Virus record (IMG/VR): IMGVR_UViG_3300016665_000370
Coordinates: 29,978-93,977 of that record
DNA length: 64,000 bases
From: a virus
Strand: one strand, 5' to 3'
Both the position numbers and the translations under genes were made by a program. The notes under the pieces are model-generated. The model was not told the origin of the DNA. It searched no databases and saw only the letters and a program-made list of their open reading frames with translations. Positions 8,791 to 18,520 of this stretch are shown here, piece by piece; positions within the stretch are counted from its first letter, which is position 1; each line of letters begins with the position of its first letter.

Positions 8791-10085
8791 TATTTTCTCC
8801 TATCAATTACATTACCTACTAATTTACCAAATGCAGAGTTTTTCTGTGCTATTTGGTTTTTAATTTTCTGAGCAGCAGAAACATTCTCTTCTTTTCCAAT
8901 ATCAAAAGAAAGATTTAATGATCGCTTTTCTTCTTTCTCTTTTACTTTTTGCATTTGTAGATTTACTTCTTTCTTTAAAGAATTTAATCTTGATTCTGGA
9001 AGGCTTAGTCCAGAAAAGAAAGAATAAACTTTTACTACATCTTCTTTTGATTCTGTTGTATATATTCCTTTAAAGATTCCAGTAGGATTTGAACATTGTT
9101 CATTAATCATTGCCATAGCATAATTTACGCTAGATGAAGGAATTTTATCCATTACGGATTTATTTCCTGCAATAATAACTCCAACATATTTTGCATCTTT
9201 AATATCAAAACCTTCTGCTAACATATTTGTTGTAAGATTAGAGATAACAGCTTCTGCAATTGCAGTTGGCTGCTCATAATCTTTTACAGAAAATTCTCCA
9301 TAGATAGATAGACCTTCTCCATCGGTTAAGATCCTTGCCCATTCTGTAGGATCAAGAGGTTTAACGCTAGAAGGCATACTGGATAGAGTATTAAATACAT
9401 CTACTGTATTTGCAATAGTTTTATTTGCTTCTGTAAAGAAATTTAATTGACTTACATCACTTAGTAAAACTTCTATCTTTGCATTATCTACAACAATAAG
9501 ATTAGAAATCTTTTTATTTTGAAGAAGTTTTGTTAACTTTGATATTGTTTCCAATGAATTAGATTTTGTTTGAACATCATCTGATTCCATAGGAAGAACA
9601 GTCATTACAATTAATGGCTTTTCTTGTTCTAGTAAACAATCAACAAGAGTTAATGCTGATCCAGCTCCAGAACCTCCTCCTAAGCTAAAACAAAGAATAT
9701 TTATTTGAGAACTATCTAGTTTTGATAATAGAACTTTTATATTTTCTTTGTTTACTTCTGCTGCTTCTGATCCTATTGATAAATCTTTTGCTGCTCCACC
9801 TAAACCATAATTTAAAAGAAGTTTATTATCTTCTGGCAAATCAATAAATTTAAGATCTTGAGGAGCAGTATTCATGCAAACTGCATTGTATCCAAGCTTG
9901 TAAAAAGATTCTACTATTTTTGATCCTGCTTGACCTGATCCAACAAATCCTAATTTAATAGACTTTTCTTTCTTTGTTTTATCAAGTTTAGATTTAAGCA
10001 TATTTAGTTTTTCAATATCTATTGCGGAATCTAAATCATTTAATATAGTTTCTTTTGGTTTTTCTTCTACTGAATTCTTAATCAT
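8790..10085 (-). CDS. Tubulin/FtsZ-superfamily GTPase
   Basis: GFVGSGQAGSKI, NTAPQDL, GLGGAAKD, signature LGGGSGAG, VLP, IVVDN, T7-like LDPTEW. Confidence 0.92.
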   Translation of the reverse strand: MIKNSVEEKPKETILNDLDSAIDIEKLNMLKSKLDKTKKEKSIKLGFVGSGQAGSKIVESFYKLGYNAVCMNTAPQDLKFIDLPEDNKLLLNYGLGGAAKDLSIGSEAAEVNKENIKVLLSKLDSSQINILCFSLGGGSGAGSALTLVDCLLEQEKPLIVMTVLPMESDDVQTKSNSLETISKLTKLLQNKKISNLIVVDNAKIEVLLSDVSQLNFFTEANKTIANTVDVFNTLSSMPSSVKPLDPTEWARILTDGEGLSIYGEFSVKDYEQPTAIAEAVISNLTTNMLAEGFDIKDAKYVGVIIAGNKSVMDKIPSSSVNYAMAMINEQCSNPTGIFKGIYTTESKEDVVKVYSFFSGLSLPESRLNSLKKEVNLQMQKVKEKEEKRSLNLSFDIGKEENVSAAQKIKNQIAQKNSAFGKLVGNVIDRRK

Positions 10086-10954
10086 TTAAACCACCATTTG
10101 TTATTTAAATACCATTGAGCGAATGACGTAAGACCTGAACTTAAATTAAATTCAGGTTGCCAACCAATACTTTTTAGTTTTGAATTATCAAGAATAATTT
10201 TATTTGTATTGTTGGACTGCACAACCAAGTCTTTTACTTCTAATATTTTTTCCAATTCAGTCAATACATCATGAAAAGAATGAGCATCTCCAGATAAATT
10301 AAATACTTCATTTGTTAGATTAGAGTCTATAATTTGAACTATTCCGTTTACCGCATCAGCTACGTATCCATAATTTGAGATTTTATTTTCTGTTTGAAAA
10401 TATTTTTGATTAGAAGTGAAACATTGAAAAGCTTTTAGCAATTCTGAGTTTTTGCTCTGCCTTGGTCCAAAATAATTAGATACTCTAATTATGTTATAGT
10501 TTATTTTATTTATTTTACAATAATCTTTTACTAAATTTTCACACAAAAGTTTAGATATTCCTTCTGATGAACTTGGATTTAAAGTTGAATTCTCATTTAA
10601 GAATGAATTTGATTGTCCATAAACTTCATCAGAAGAAATATAAATAAACTTTTTATTTTTAGATCTTTCTAGTAATTTTGTTGTTATTTCTAAATTTTTA
10701 GAAAGATTAGAATCAAATGCTCCATGAATGATAATATCAGGATTATCTGATAAAAATATAATATTTAGCAAATGATCATCAGAGCAATTACCAATATAAA
10801 AAGAATGATTTTTGTTTTGATAAACATTGCTTAATATATTGTTTGAAATAGAATCAATACTAGATATATTGTAATCTAATTTTTGAAAAATAGACTTTCT
10901 TATAAAATTAGAAAATAAGAAGCCACAAGATCCAGTAATAAATATTTTTTTCAT
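10082..10954 (-). CDS. NAD-dependent epimerase/dehydratase (RmlB-like SDR) with degenerate motifs
   Basis: IFITGSCGF, YISSDEVYG, RVSNYFGPRQ, YVADAVNG, LDNSKLKSIGWQP, WYLNNKWW. Confidence 0.85.
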   Translation of the reverse strand: MKKIFITGSCGFLFSNFIRKSIFQKLDYNISSIDSISNNILSNVYQNKNHSFYIGNCSDDHLLNIIFLSDNPDIIIHGAFDSNLSKNLEITTKLLERSKNKKFIYISSDEVYGQSNSFLNENSTLNPSSSEGISKLLCENLVKDYCKINKINYNIIRVSNYFGPRQSKNSELLKAFQCFTSNQKYFQTENKISNYGYVADAVNGIVQIIDSNLTNEVFNLSGDAHSFHDVLTELEKILEVKDLVVQSNNTNKIILDNSKLKSIGWQPEFNLSSGLTSFAQWYLNNKWWFK

Positions 10955-11778
10955 TTGTTTAAATATAAATTGTATTTTGAATTTGTCATATACTTTATTT
11001 TATCAGTATGATAAGTTTTTCCCCATTTGTTTAATAAATTATAAACATTATGATTCATAAACATTTTATTTACAGGATTCTTTTTTAAAGAAGCACTTTC
11101 TTCATGAAATATTTTTGTAGATCCACAATAAATAACTTTTTTATTTTGTTTATATTTTACACTTAAGCAAGCATCTACATCATCAAATGCCCAAATGAAA
11201 GATTCATCCATACCTTTATTTCCAGATTTATTTGTATGGATATTTTCATAACATTCTTTTCTTATCATAAGAACTGCTCCTGTAACAACTTGAAATTCTC
11301 TATCATAAGAAAAATCTTTTGAATCTTTTTGCCTTAAACCAAAATGAATAGGCATTCGCAATTGTTCATTAAATACAACTCCTCCATGTTGAATTAAATC
11401 AGTATCTTTAAATAATAATTTACATCCAACAATTCCTACATCTTTATTTTTAAAATAAGACATCATTTTTATTAGATCATCTTTTTGTTTAAAAACAATA
11501 TCATTATTTAAAAGCAAAATTAAATCTCCATCTTTTGGTTTGGAGATATTAAATAAATAATTCATTCCTTGAGAGAAATTATCATTATTATGAGGATACT
11601 TTATTAAGTTAATATTTTTATCATTCCAAGATTCTATTAATTCAATAGATCCATCTGTAGAATTATTATCTTTTATATGCCAAAGATAATCAAAGTTTTT
11701 ATTTAATTCATTAAATGAATGATAAAGTTCATTCATTTTATCTTTGCCATTCCAATTTAAAGTAAATATATGTATCAT
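10951..11778 (-). CDS. Glycosyltransferase family 2
   Basis: LNWNG, DNNSTDGS, LLLNND, QHGG, VTGAVLMIR, DDVDACL, HEESAS. Start reassigned to ATG 11778, just after the upstream stop. Confidence 0.9.
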   Translation of the reverse strand: MIHIFTLNWNGKDKMNELYHSFNELNKNFDYLWHIKDNNSTDGSIELIESWNDKNINLIKYPHNNDNFSQGMNYLFNISKPKDGDLILLLNNDIVFKQKDDLIKMMSYFKNKDVGIVGCKLLFKDTDLIQHGGVVFNEQLRMPIHFGLRQKDSKDFSYDREFQVVTGAVLMIRKECYENIHTNKSGNKGMDESFIWAFDDVDACLSVKYKQNKKVIYCGSTKIFHEESASLKKNPVNKMFMNHNVYNLLNKWGKTYHTDKIKYMTNSKYNLYLNK

Positions 11779-11779
11779 G

Positions 11780-12733
11780 TTAAAAAGATAATCCAAAGTT
11801 AATTCCAAAATCTATATTTTTATTAAAATAGATCCCAGTGCCCAATCCAATATAACTATTTTGGAAATATTTGCTAATAGTTTTTAAATTAAAAAATACA
11901 GGTACAATAACTACTTTATAATCTTGAAAGTTTGTTCCTATTCCAAAATTTAATAAAGCATAAGTTGGATTATTTCTAAATTGACCATATTGTATAAAAT
12001 TTGCATAAACATTTAAAGAATTATTAAATCCATTTGTTCCATAATTGGTAGAAGCTGCTAAAAATAGTTTTGGATAAAAATGAAATTTACTTTCTGGTAA
12101 AGATTGAATTGTTTCTGATTTATCCAATAGAATTTCATAATCTTTATTATTTGAATTAATTGTAAATTTATTATAAACTATTGTATTATTATCTTTATCT
12201 TTTGCAATTACATTTGTTATTTTATAATCTCTTTTATAAACTTCATATTCCCAAGGATTATTTCTCCAATAAGAAAATCCAACTTTTGAAGTTGGAATTG
12301 TTTGATTTATAAATTGCTCTCCAATTGTAATATATTGAGTTTCTTTTTTTAATTCTTCTGGCTTAACTTCTACTTTATCATTTGGTTTAGGAATTGAAAC
12401 TTGAGTTGGAATATTTGTTTGATTTTGATAATAAGAAACAACTTGAACTTTATTTAAAGATTCAACTTTCCCATCAAGAGATTTTAAATCTTTTTCAATT
12501 TTAGATAAATCTACTTTTGATTCTTTTATTAATTTATCTAGATCTTCTTTGGATACGCTAGAGCTTGAAGATCTTAATATATTATCTCCAATTTGTTTTT
12601 GTTTTATTTCTAGATTTTGTATATAACTTAATTGTTTTTTATTTTCATTGCATGATTGAATTGAAAAGATAGCAAACAATAAAATTAAAAATACATTAAT
12701 TGCTAAAATAATATTTATTTTTTTATCATTCAT
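11780..12733 (-). CDS. Envelope protein: N-terminal TM/lipoprotein-like anchor, coiled coil, C-terminal amphipathic beta strands
   Basis: IILAINVFLILLFAIFSIQSC; ends IDFGINFGLSF. Start reassigned to ATG 12733 (ATGA overlap, AGAGG upstream). Confidence 0.7.
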   Translation of the reverse strand: MNDKKINIILAINVFLILLFAIFSIQSCNENKKQLSYIQNLEIKQKQIGDNILRSSSSSVSKEDLDKLIKESKVDLSKIEKDLKSLDGKVESLNKVQVVSYYQNQTNIPTQVSIPKPNDKVEVKPEELKKETQYITIGEQFINQTIPTSKVGFSYWRNNPWEYEVYKRDYKITNVIAKDKDNNTIVYNKFTINSNNKDYEILLDKSETIQSLPESKFHFYPKLFLAASTNYGTNGFNNSLNVYANFIQYGQFRNNPTYALLNFGIGTNFQDYKVVIVPVFFNLKTISKYFQNSYIGLGTGIYFNKNIDFGINFGLSF

Positions 12734-13542
12734 AAAACCTCTTGCAATGGAGAAATAAAAGAGCAAGTTTTATCTGGATGTCTTAAAGAATATAAAACTT
12801 TGTTTCCTTCTATATCTTTTTCTTTAAAGAATATTTGAAGCTTATCAGAAAAATTACCTTTTATTTTTTTACCATCAAATTCTTGATCATAACATCCATT
12901 GTTTTTGTAAGATTCTATAGATAATTCTCTTGCAGCATCGCAAATCTTTTTAAAATTAGCTCTTGAAATATCTCTACCAATAGACTGAGGATGAATTCTT
13001 GCTTTAAAGAATAGCTCAGATTTTAAATAAGGTCCAACCGAACAAAATCCATCTCTTCCTTGAATTAATCTACCTATTGGAGCAACTTTCTTTATATGTT
13101 TATATAATGTTTCAAATTTCTCTTCATAATCTTCTGTAATTGAATCCCAAACCATTAAATTCATTTCTCTTTGGAATTCTTCTTTATTTAAAACTAAAAC
13201 AACTCCATAGTGCAAAGAATCAAGAAAGTATAATGTATCGTCCTCAGAAATTATTTTTAAACAATTATTTGTTTCAATTTTAGATTCTTTTGTATCAAAG
13301 AATCCAGAATTTCTTTGTTCAAATAATATATATTTATCTTTTGATATTTGAATATATGTTTTTTTACCTTTTGATCCAACATCAATAAAATGCATTTCAT
13401 CGGGAAGATTATCAAATCCATTTCTGTATCTTGATCTTGGATATGTATATATATATTTTATTCTTTTGCCAAGAAATTTCTCTTTAATTAAATTTGCAAT
13501 TACTTTTACTTCTGGTCCTTCTGATGGAAATAATTGATCCAT
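12730..13542 (-). CDS. Fpg/Nei-family DNA glycosylase homologue with atypical N terminus
   Basis: SEGPEV, VGSKGK, YFLD...G, H2TH-like VGPYLKSELFFKARIHP. No Cys4 zinc finger. Confidence 0.82.
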   Translation of the reverse strand: MDQLFPSEGPEVKVIANLIKEKFLGKRIKYIYTYPRSRYRNGFDNLPDEMHFIDVGSKGKKTYIQISKDKYILFEQRNSGFFDTKESKIETNNCLKIISEDDTLYFLDSLHYGVVLVLNKEEFQREMNLMVWDSITEDYEEKFETLYKHIKKVAPIGRLIQGRDGFCSVGPYLKSELFFKARIHPQSIGRDISRANFKKICDAARELSIESYKNNGCYDQEFDGKKIKGNFSDKLQIFFKEKDIEGNKVLYSLRHPDKTCSFISPLQEVL

Positions 13543-14183
13543 TTATCCTCAAATTTCTGTTTAGATTCTAAATATAATTTATATGTATTTAATTGTTTTG
13601 ATGTTTGTTTTCCAAAATGAAATACAGGAACATCTTGAATAATAAAATTAATATTCTTTTCTTTTATTCTAAATCCAAGATCTGTATCTTCAAAATATGC
13701 AAAGAATCTTTCATCAAAGAAAGTTTTTTCTTTAATTGATTCCCAATTTTTTCTAGAACTGCAAATGCACCAGCCGGACATGTAGATGTAAGGATAGCTT
13801 TCTATTTTAGAACTTTCCTTGATAAAGTTAAACTTTGAATCTAGGTATCCTACGGTCGGTCCAACGAATCCTTTGTCAGCGAATTCTATAAGTTTATCTG
13901 TCCAATTTTCCTTGTTTGCATTTACTCTGATATCATTGTTCAGCGTAATTAAAATATCAGAATTTGAATTCTCAAATCCTATATTTACAGCTTTTCCAAA
14001 TCCATAGTTATTATCTAGCTTAATATATTTTACATTAAATTCTTTTACAATAGATTCAGTATTGTCTGAACTATTATTGTCTACAACAATAATTTCATGA
14101 TCTTTTAAATGAGATAAATCTTGCAAACAAGATTTTGTAAAATGTGATTTGTTAAATACAGGAATTGTAATACTTGCTTTCAT
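13506..14183 (-). CDS. Glycosyltransferase family 2
   Basis: SITIPVFN, IIVVDNNSSD, NYGFGKAVN, LNND, FDERFFAYFEDTDL. Confidence 0.92.
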   Translation of the reverse strand: MKASITIPVFNKSHFTKSCLQDLSHLKDHEIIVVDNNSSDNTESIVKEFNVKYIKLDNNYGFGKAVNIGFENSNSDILITLNNDIRVNANKENWTDKLIEFADKGFVGPTVGYLDSKFNFIKESSKIESYPYIYMSGWCICSSRKNWESIKEKTFFDERFFAYFEDTDLGFRIKEKNINFIIQDVPVFHFGKQTSKQLNTYKLYLESKQKFEDKWINYFHQKDQK

Positions 14184-15307
14184 TTAATTAAACTTTCTAT
14201 ATCTTTAAATATTTTTGACCAAGAATATCTTTCTATTATTGGATTAAAATCTATTTTTGACAAAATAGAATTATAATTACTATAAGCATTTCTTAATTTT
14301 TCTACAGCATCATTTACATCGGGTTCAAATACATATGTATTTTGTTTTTGTTGCCAATATAACATTTTTGGATTTGCTCGAATCATTTTTCCATTGATTA
14401 ATAATGAATTTGAATCATTACAAAAATCTAATTGACCACCATAATTAGAACATATTAATAATTTTTTACTTACTAATGTCTCTAATGCTGGCATTAAAAA
14501 TGATTCTGCATTTGACATACTAAAAATTACATGACAAGATCTATAAAAATCAGAAATATCTTCTATAAATTTATCAATTACTATGATTTCTGCATGATTT
14601 TTATATTTTATTTTAAAGTCTTTTAATAATTGATTAAAGTTTACTTCAAATGGCTGATTTGTAATTTTTGTACTAACTTTAAATACTAAACATACATCAT
14701 CTTTATTTGTAAATGCTTTTCCCCATGATTCTAATATTCCTGGTATATTTTTTCTTAAATGAGGTTGAGCTATATTTGCTCCAAATATAAACTTATTTGA
14801 AATATTTAATTTTTCTTTTCTATTTATAAAAGATTCTGAATATCCATGAGGAATTACAGTAATTTTATTTTCAGGAATATTGGAATCAATAAAAACTTCT
14901 TTTGCATTATTTGATGGAGCAAGAATCTTATCTACAAATAAATGATTCTTTGCAAATCCTTCTGGCAAGGCATTCTTTCCAGCAAACTCATAACACCAAA
15001 TTCCAAATCTATTTCTAGATCCTCTAGAAAAGTAATTTGGGAAATTAGACATTGCTGTATAACTTAATTGTACATCATAATTTTTTAATAACTTACTTGT
15101 GCATTCAATGTATTCATGTTTTGTCATTTTTGAACTTGAAAAATAACCTTTTAGATTTTCTTTCAAATCTTCTGGAAAATGATCAATTCCATTTGTAGAA
15201 AATAAATCAATATCATAATTATTATTTTTAAATTCTCTTGATAATGATTGAGCTACAATGCTCCATGAATGTAAAGATCCTAAAAAACCTTGCCATAAAA
15301 CTTTCAT
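14180..15307 (-). CDS. Glycosyltransferase family 4 (GT-B fold)
   Basis: ILAPS, VIPHG, RKNIPGIL, ESFLMPALE (EX7E), NYGGQLDF, YSW. Confidence 0.9.
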   Translation of the reverse strand: MKVLWQGFLGSLHSWSIVAQSLSREFKNNNYDIDLFSTNGIDHFPEDLKENLKGYFSSSKMTKHEYIECTSKLLKNYDVQLSYTAMSNFPNYFSRGSRNRFGIWCYEFAGKNALPEGFAKNHLFVDKILAPSNNAKEVFIDSNIPENKITVIPHGYSESFINRKEKLNISNKFIFGANIAQPHLRKNIPGILESWGKAFTNKDDVCLVFKVSTKITNQPFEVNFNQLLKDFKIKYKNHAEIIVIDKFIEDISDFYRSCHVIFSMSNAESFLMPALETLVSKKLLICSNYGGQLDFCNDSNSLLINGKMIRANPKMLYWQQKQNTYVFEPDVNDAVEKLRNAYSNYNSILSKIDFNPIIERYSWSKIFKDIESLIK

Positions 15308-15320
15308 GGCATTATTTATA

Positions 15321-18300
15321 TCATATAAATAAATTTTCTGTCAAAGCTTCATCAATTAATGTTGGCTCATTATTAAATCCAGATTTCTTTAAAAATACAC
15401 TTATTTGTACTTTTGTTGATAATGTTGGTAATGTTGGATCTTTTAATATATTTGTAAAATTTAATCTCAATAAACCCGTTAGTTGATCTATATATACTCC
15501 CATTTTAGGATCAACAATGATTCCACTATATCCATCTGTATATCCATCTAATAATGGACTAAATGATTGCATTGATATATCAAATCTAACTTGATTATTT
15601 AATAGCGCATTTGATTGTACATATGTACAATCTCCAAACTTCATTGCTTTAAATCCTGATATTGTTTTTCCATTAGCATATTCATAAACAAAGTTACTAA
15701 ATAAATTAATTGTCTTTTCTGTACCAAAGAAATTATCTGGGACTTCTAATACAATTGTTCCAACTTCAAAGTCAACTTTAAAATGATTTTTGTTTTTATC
15801 TAATATTTGATTACCAACAATTAAGTTTCCTGGAACATAATAATTTACTACTCCAGGATCAAAAGATAAACCTAATGGATAGGTTAATACTTCTGGACAA
15901 TTATCTGTACATGATACATCAGAATATCCTGATGTCTCTATAATTGAGTTTGGTACATATACTAGTTTTGAATTTACTGCAATAAAATAATCTTTCCAAT
16001 GCAATCTTGGATCTGCAAAACTTGATACAGGATTTGCTGAAAAATCTCTATCTTGTAAAGAAACATTATCTTCAAATATATTTACCAAACTATGTAACAA
16101 TGATCTATCTGTATAATAATCATCATGTCTATCTACAAAATTTTCTAATCTTATTCTAAGAACTGAAAATGTAGTTCCTATTTTAGAATAAGGATTTGTT
16201 GTTGGTGCTGGATAAGATAAAGAAGGAAAACTTGTTATTTCATTTCTTGTTAAATAAGATTCTATTAAATATCCATCATCTGCATCTATTAAAAAGTCTC
16301 CATTAACATTGCATCTCAATAAAGACAATAATACATTTTCATCTATGTATTTCTTTCTTACTGTAACTGCTGAACCATTTAATCCAACAATTTTAAATTG
16401 ACCATTGTTTTCTGGATTTAATGGATCTGAAATTACTATACTATAATCTTCTACAGAAAAGTATAATGAAAAGTCTATATTTGCAGATTCAAACAAATAA
16501 TCTGTATTATTAATTGGAGTTAATTCTCCATCTGTATCGCTACTAATTATATTATTTACTAAAGAGCTATCAATAACTTCAAAGCTCAATCCAGTTGTTG
16601 CTGTAGATGGATTGGTTAAGAACTTCCATCCATTTGTACATGTTGTTGTAATTGTATCTGTAACAATATAAGAGTCTAAAGGAGGGCTGATATTTAAATT
16701 ATAATCTAAATATTTAGATAACTCAGCATAATCAGATTCATCTACAATACAATCTCCATTCCAGTCACCATAAGTCATGGTTAGTTTCTGAGCATCTCCA
16801 ACTCTATAGAATGTATTTGGATTTGCCAAATCTGGAGTAAACTTAGATCCTATTAATTCTCCATTAACAAATGCTGATAGCAATTCAGATAAATATCCAT
16901 CTTTTCTTGGATCAGTATTATCTTCTAATAATGGAACAATAATTTCATTATTTATAATTGTAAAATACTTTAAACTTAAATTATAATTTGTAGTTGATTC
17001 AAACTTTTTGTTTTTATCAGAAATAACTCCTAATTTTAAACTTGTTGCAAAAGAATCTAAGTTTGAAGTTTCAACTGAAGATAATAAACTAATTTGTGGA
17101 ACTTTCTTTTGTTTAGAAGCAGATGTTGTTCCTGTTCTTTTATCTTCTACAGAATCAGATAATTCTGTAATTGATTGAACTATTGCTGTATAAGTATCAT
17201 TTCCTTTAAAAGATAAATTATCTAAACAATAATCTATTGTTGTTCCATTATTATCTTTTATTTTTTCTATTTCTATTCCAAATCCATTTTCATAAATTTT
17301 TGCAGAACTGATTTTTGAAGAATCGGAATAAATTTCAAACCATAGATCTTCTGATTGAATATCTGTCCAGTAATTTCCATTAAATACAGTTAATCTTGAA
17401 TTCTCTACTAGATCCGATCCTGTATAAAGTTTAATGTCACATTTAGTTGCTGAACCAGATCTTTTTAAAGTAAAAGCATAATATTTATTTGCTTCTACTT
17501 TATTTGTAGCTAACCCTGTATTAGAGAATACAAAGTCAATTGGTTGTGGAGTATTTGATAATTCAAATCCTTTATCTAATAAAGAATTGTAATTTAAAGT
17601 TATTTGAGCTAATGGAGTTGGAATTGGATCAAATTCTATTTCTAAATTAGGAGCTAAATCTGTTGGGCAAGATATTGTAGATTGTAATGGATAAACAGTA
17701 AATACTAAATCTCCTTCCCAAGCTAAATCATTTTCAAATCCAGGATCATTATTTTCTACGGATAATAATAATCTTATTTTTTGAATATTATTTGTTGGAG
17801 ATTTAAATTTCTGACCAATCTCTGTAGTAATATCATTCTTAGCCAATTCTCTTACATTTTCTTCTGTAGTATATATTTGTAATGAATCAATATCATAATT
17901 TGGCAAAGCTGCTTGAATTAATTCATTTAGTGTTCCTGATGTTATTGGAAAAAAATCTCTCCAAAATAAATTTGGTTGAATGTTTTGTTTTAAAACCAAA
18001 CAATCTCTTGATAAAGAAGCATTTAAAGCTTCATATATTCTTACTTTACCACCAAGATTTAAAGATAATACTAGAGCAGAAATATCATTAATTAAAATAG
18101 ATAATATATTTTTATAATGTAATTTGGTAAATTGAGATTCATTTTTATGAAATGTAAATGTTTCATAAACTAAATCATTATTAAAGTTTAATCCAAATAC
18201 GACTATTTTTACAGTTCTTAGTCCAAATACTTCTGAGTTTGATAATTCTATTTCTAATTGATTTCCATAATCAGAATCAGATGGTTGAGTTTGTACATTT

Positions 18301-18512
18301 AGCGGAGTTCCATCTAAATTGCCAACTACTAATTCAGAATCAAATAATACTTTTTTTTCTAAGTTATCTGGTAAAATACCTTGACCTACATGATTGTAGG
18401 TCAAGCCAGATAATACTGTATTTGTATAATTTTGTTCTATAGATAAATCATCATTATCTACTTGCTGACCATTTAACCAAATATTTTGTTTAGTTGTTAT
18501 ATCTTTTCGCAT
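15321..18512 (-). CDS. Large putative virion/baseplate-associated protein with dockerin-like Ca-binding repeats
   Basis: Last gene of the baseplate block; GDWNGDCIVDESDY and CNVNGDFLIDADDG; beta-rich and acidic. Confidence 0.65.
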   Translation of the reverse strand: MRKDITTKQNIWLNGQQVDNDDLSIEQNYTNTVLSGLTYNHVGQGILPDNLEKKVLFDSELVVGNLDGTPLNVQTQPSDSDYGNQLEIELSNSEVFGLRTVKIVVFGLNFNNDLVYETFTFHKNESQFTKLHYKNILSILINDISALVLSLNLGGKVRIYEALNASLSRDCLVLKQNIQPNLFWRDFFPITSGTLNELIQAALPNYDIDSLQIYTTEENVRELAKNDITTEIGQKFKSPTNNIQKIRLLLSVENNDPGFENDLAWEGDLVFTVYPLQSTISCPTDLAPNLEIEFDPIPTPLAQITLNYNSLLDKGFELSNTPQPIDFVFSNTGLATNKVEANKYYAFTLKRSGSATKCDIKLYTGSDLVENSRLTVFNGNYWTDIQSEDLWFEIYSDSSKISSAKIYENGFGIEIEKIKDNNGTTIDYCLDNLSFKGNDTYTAIVQSITELSDSVEDKRTGTTSASKQKKVPQISLLSSVETSNLDSFATSLKLGVISDKNKKFESTTNYNLSLKYFTIINNEIIVPLLEDNTDPRKDGYLSELLSAFVNGELIGSKFTPDLANPNTFYRVGDAQKLTMTYGDWNGDCIVDESDYAELSKYLDYNLNISPPLDSYIVTDTITTTCTNGWKFLTNPSTATTGLSFEVIDSSLVNNIISSDTDGELTPINNTDYLFESANIDFSLYFSVEDYSIVISDPLNPENNGQFKIVGLNGSAVTVRKKYIDENVLLSLLRCNVNGDFLIDADDGYLIESYLTRNEITSFPSLSYPAPTTNPYSKIGTTFSVLRIRLENFVDRHDDYYTDRSLLHSLVNIFEDNVSLQDRDFSANPVSSFADPRLHWKDYFIAVNSKLVYVPNSIIETSGYSDVSCTDNCPEVLTYPLGLSFDPGVVNYYVPGNLIVGNQILDKNKNHFKVDFEVGTIVLEVPDNFFGTEKTINLFSNFVYEYANGKTISGFKAMKFGDCTYVQSNALLNNQVRFDISMQSFSPLLDGYTDGYSGIIVDPKMGVYIDQLTGLLRLNFTNILKDPTLPTLSTKVQISVFLKKSGFNNEPTLIDEALTENLFI

Positions 18513-18520
18513 ATTAGCTC

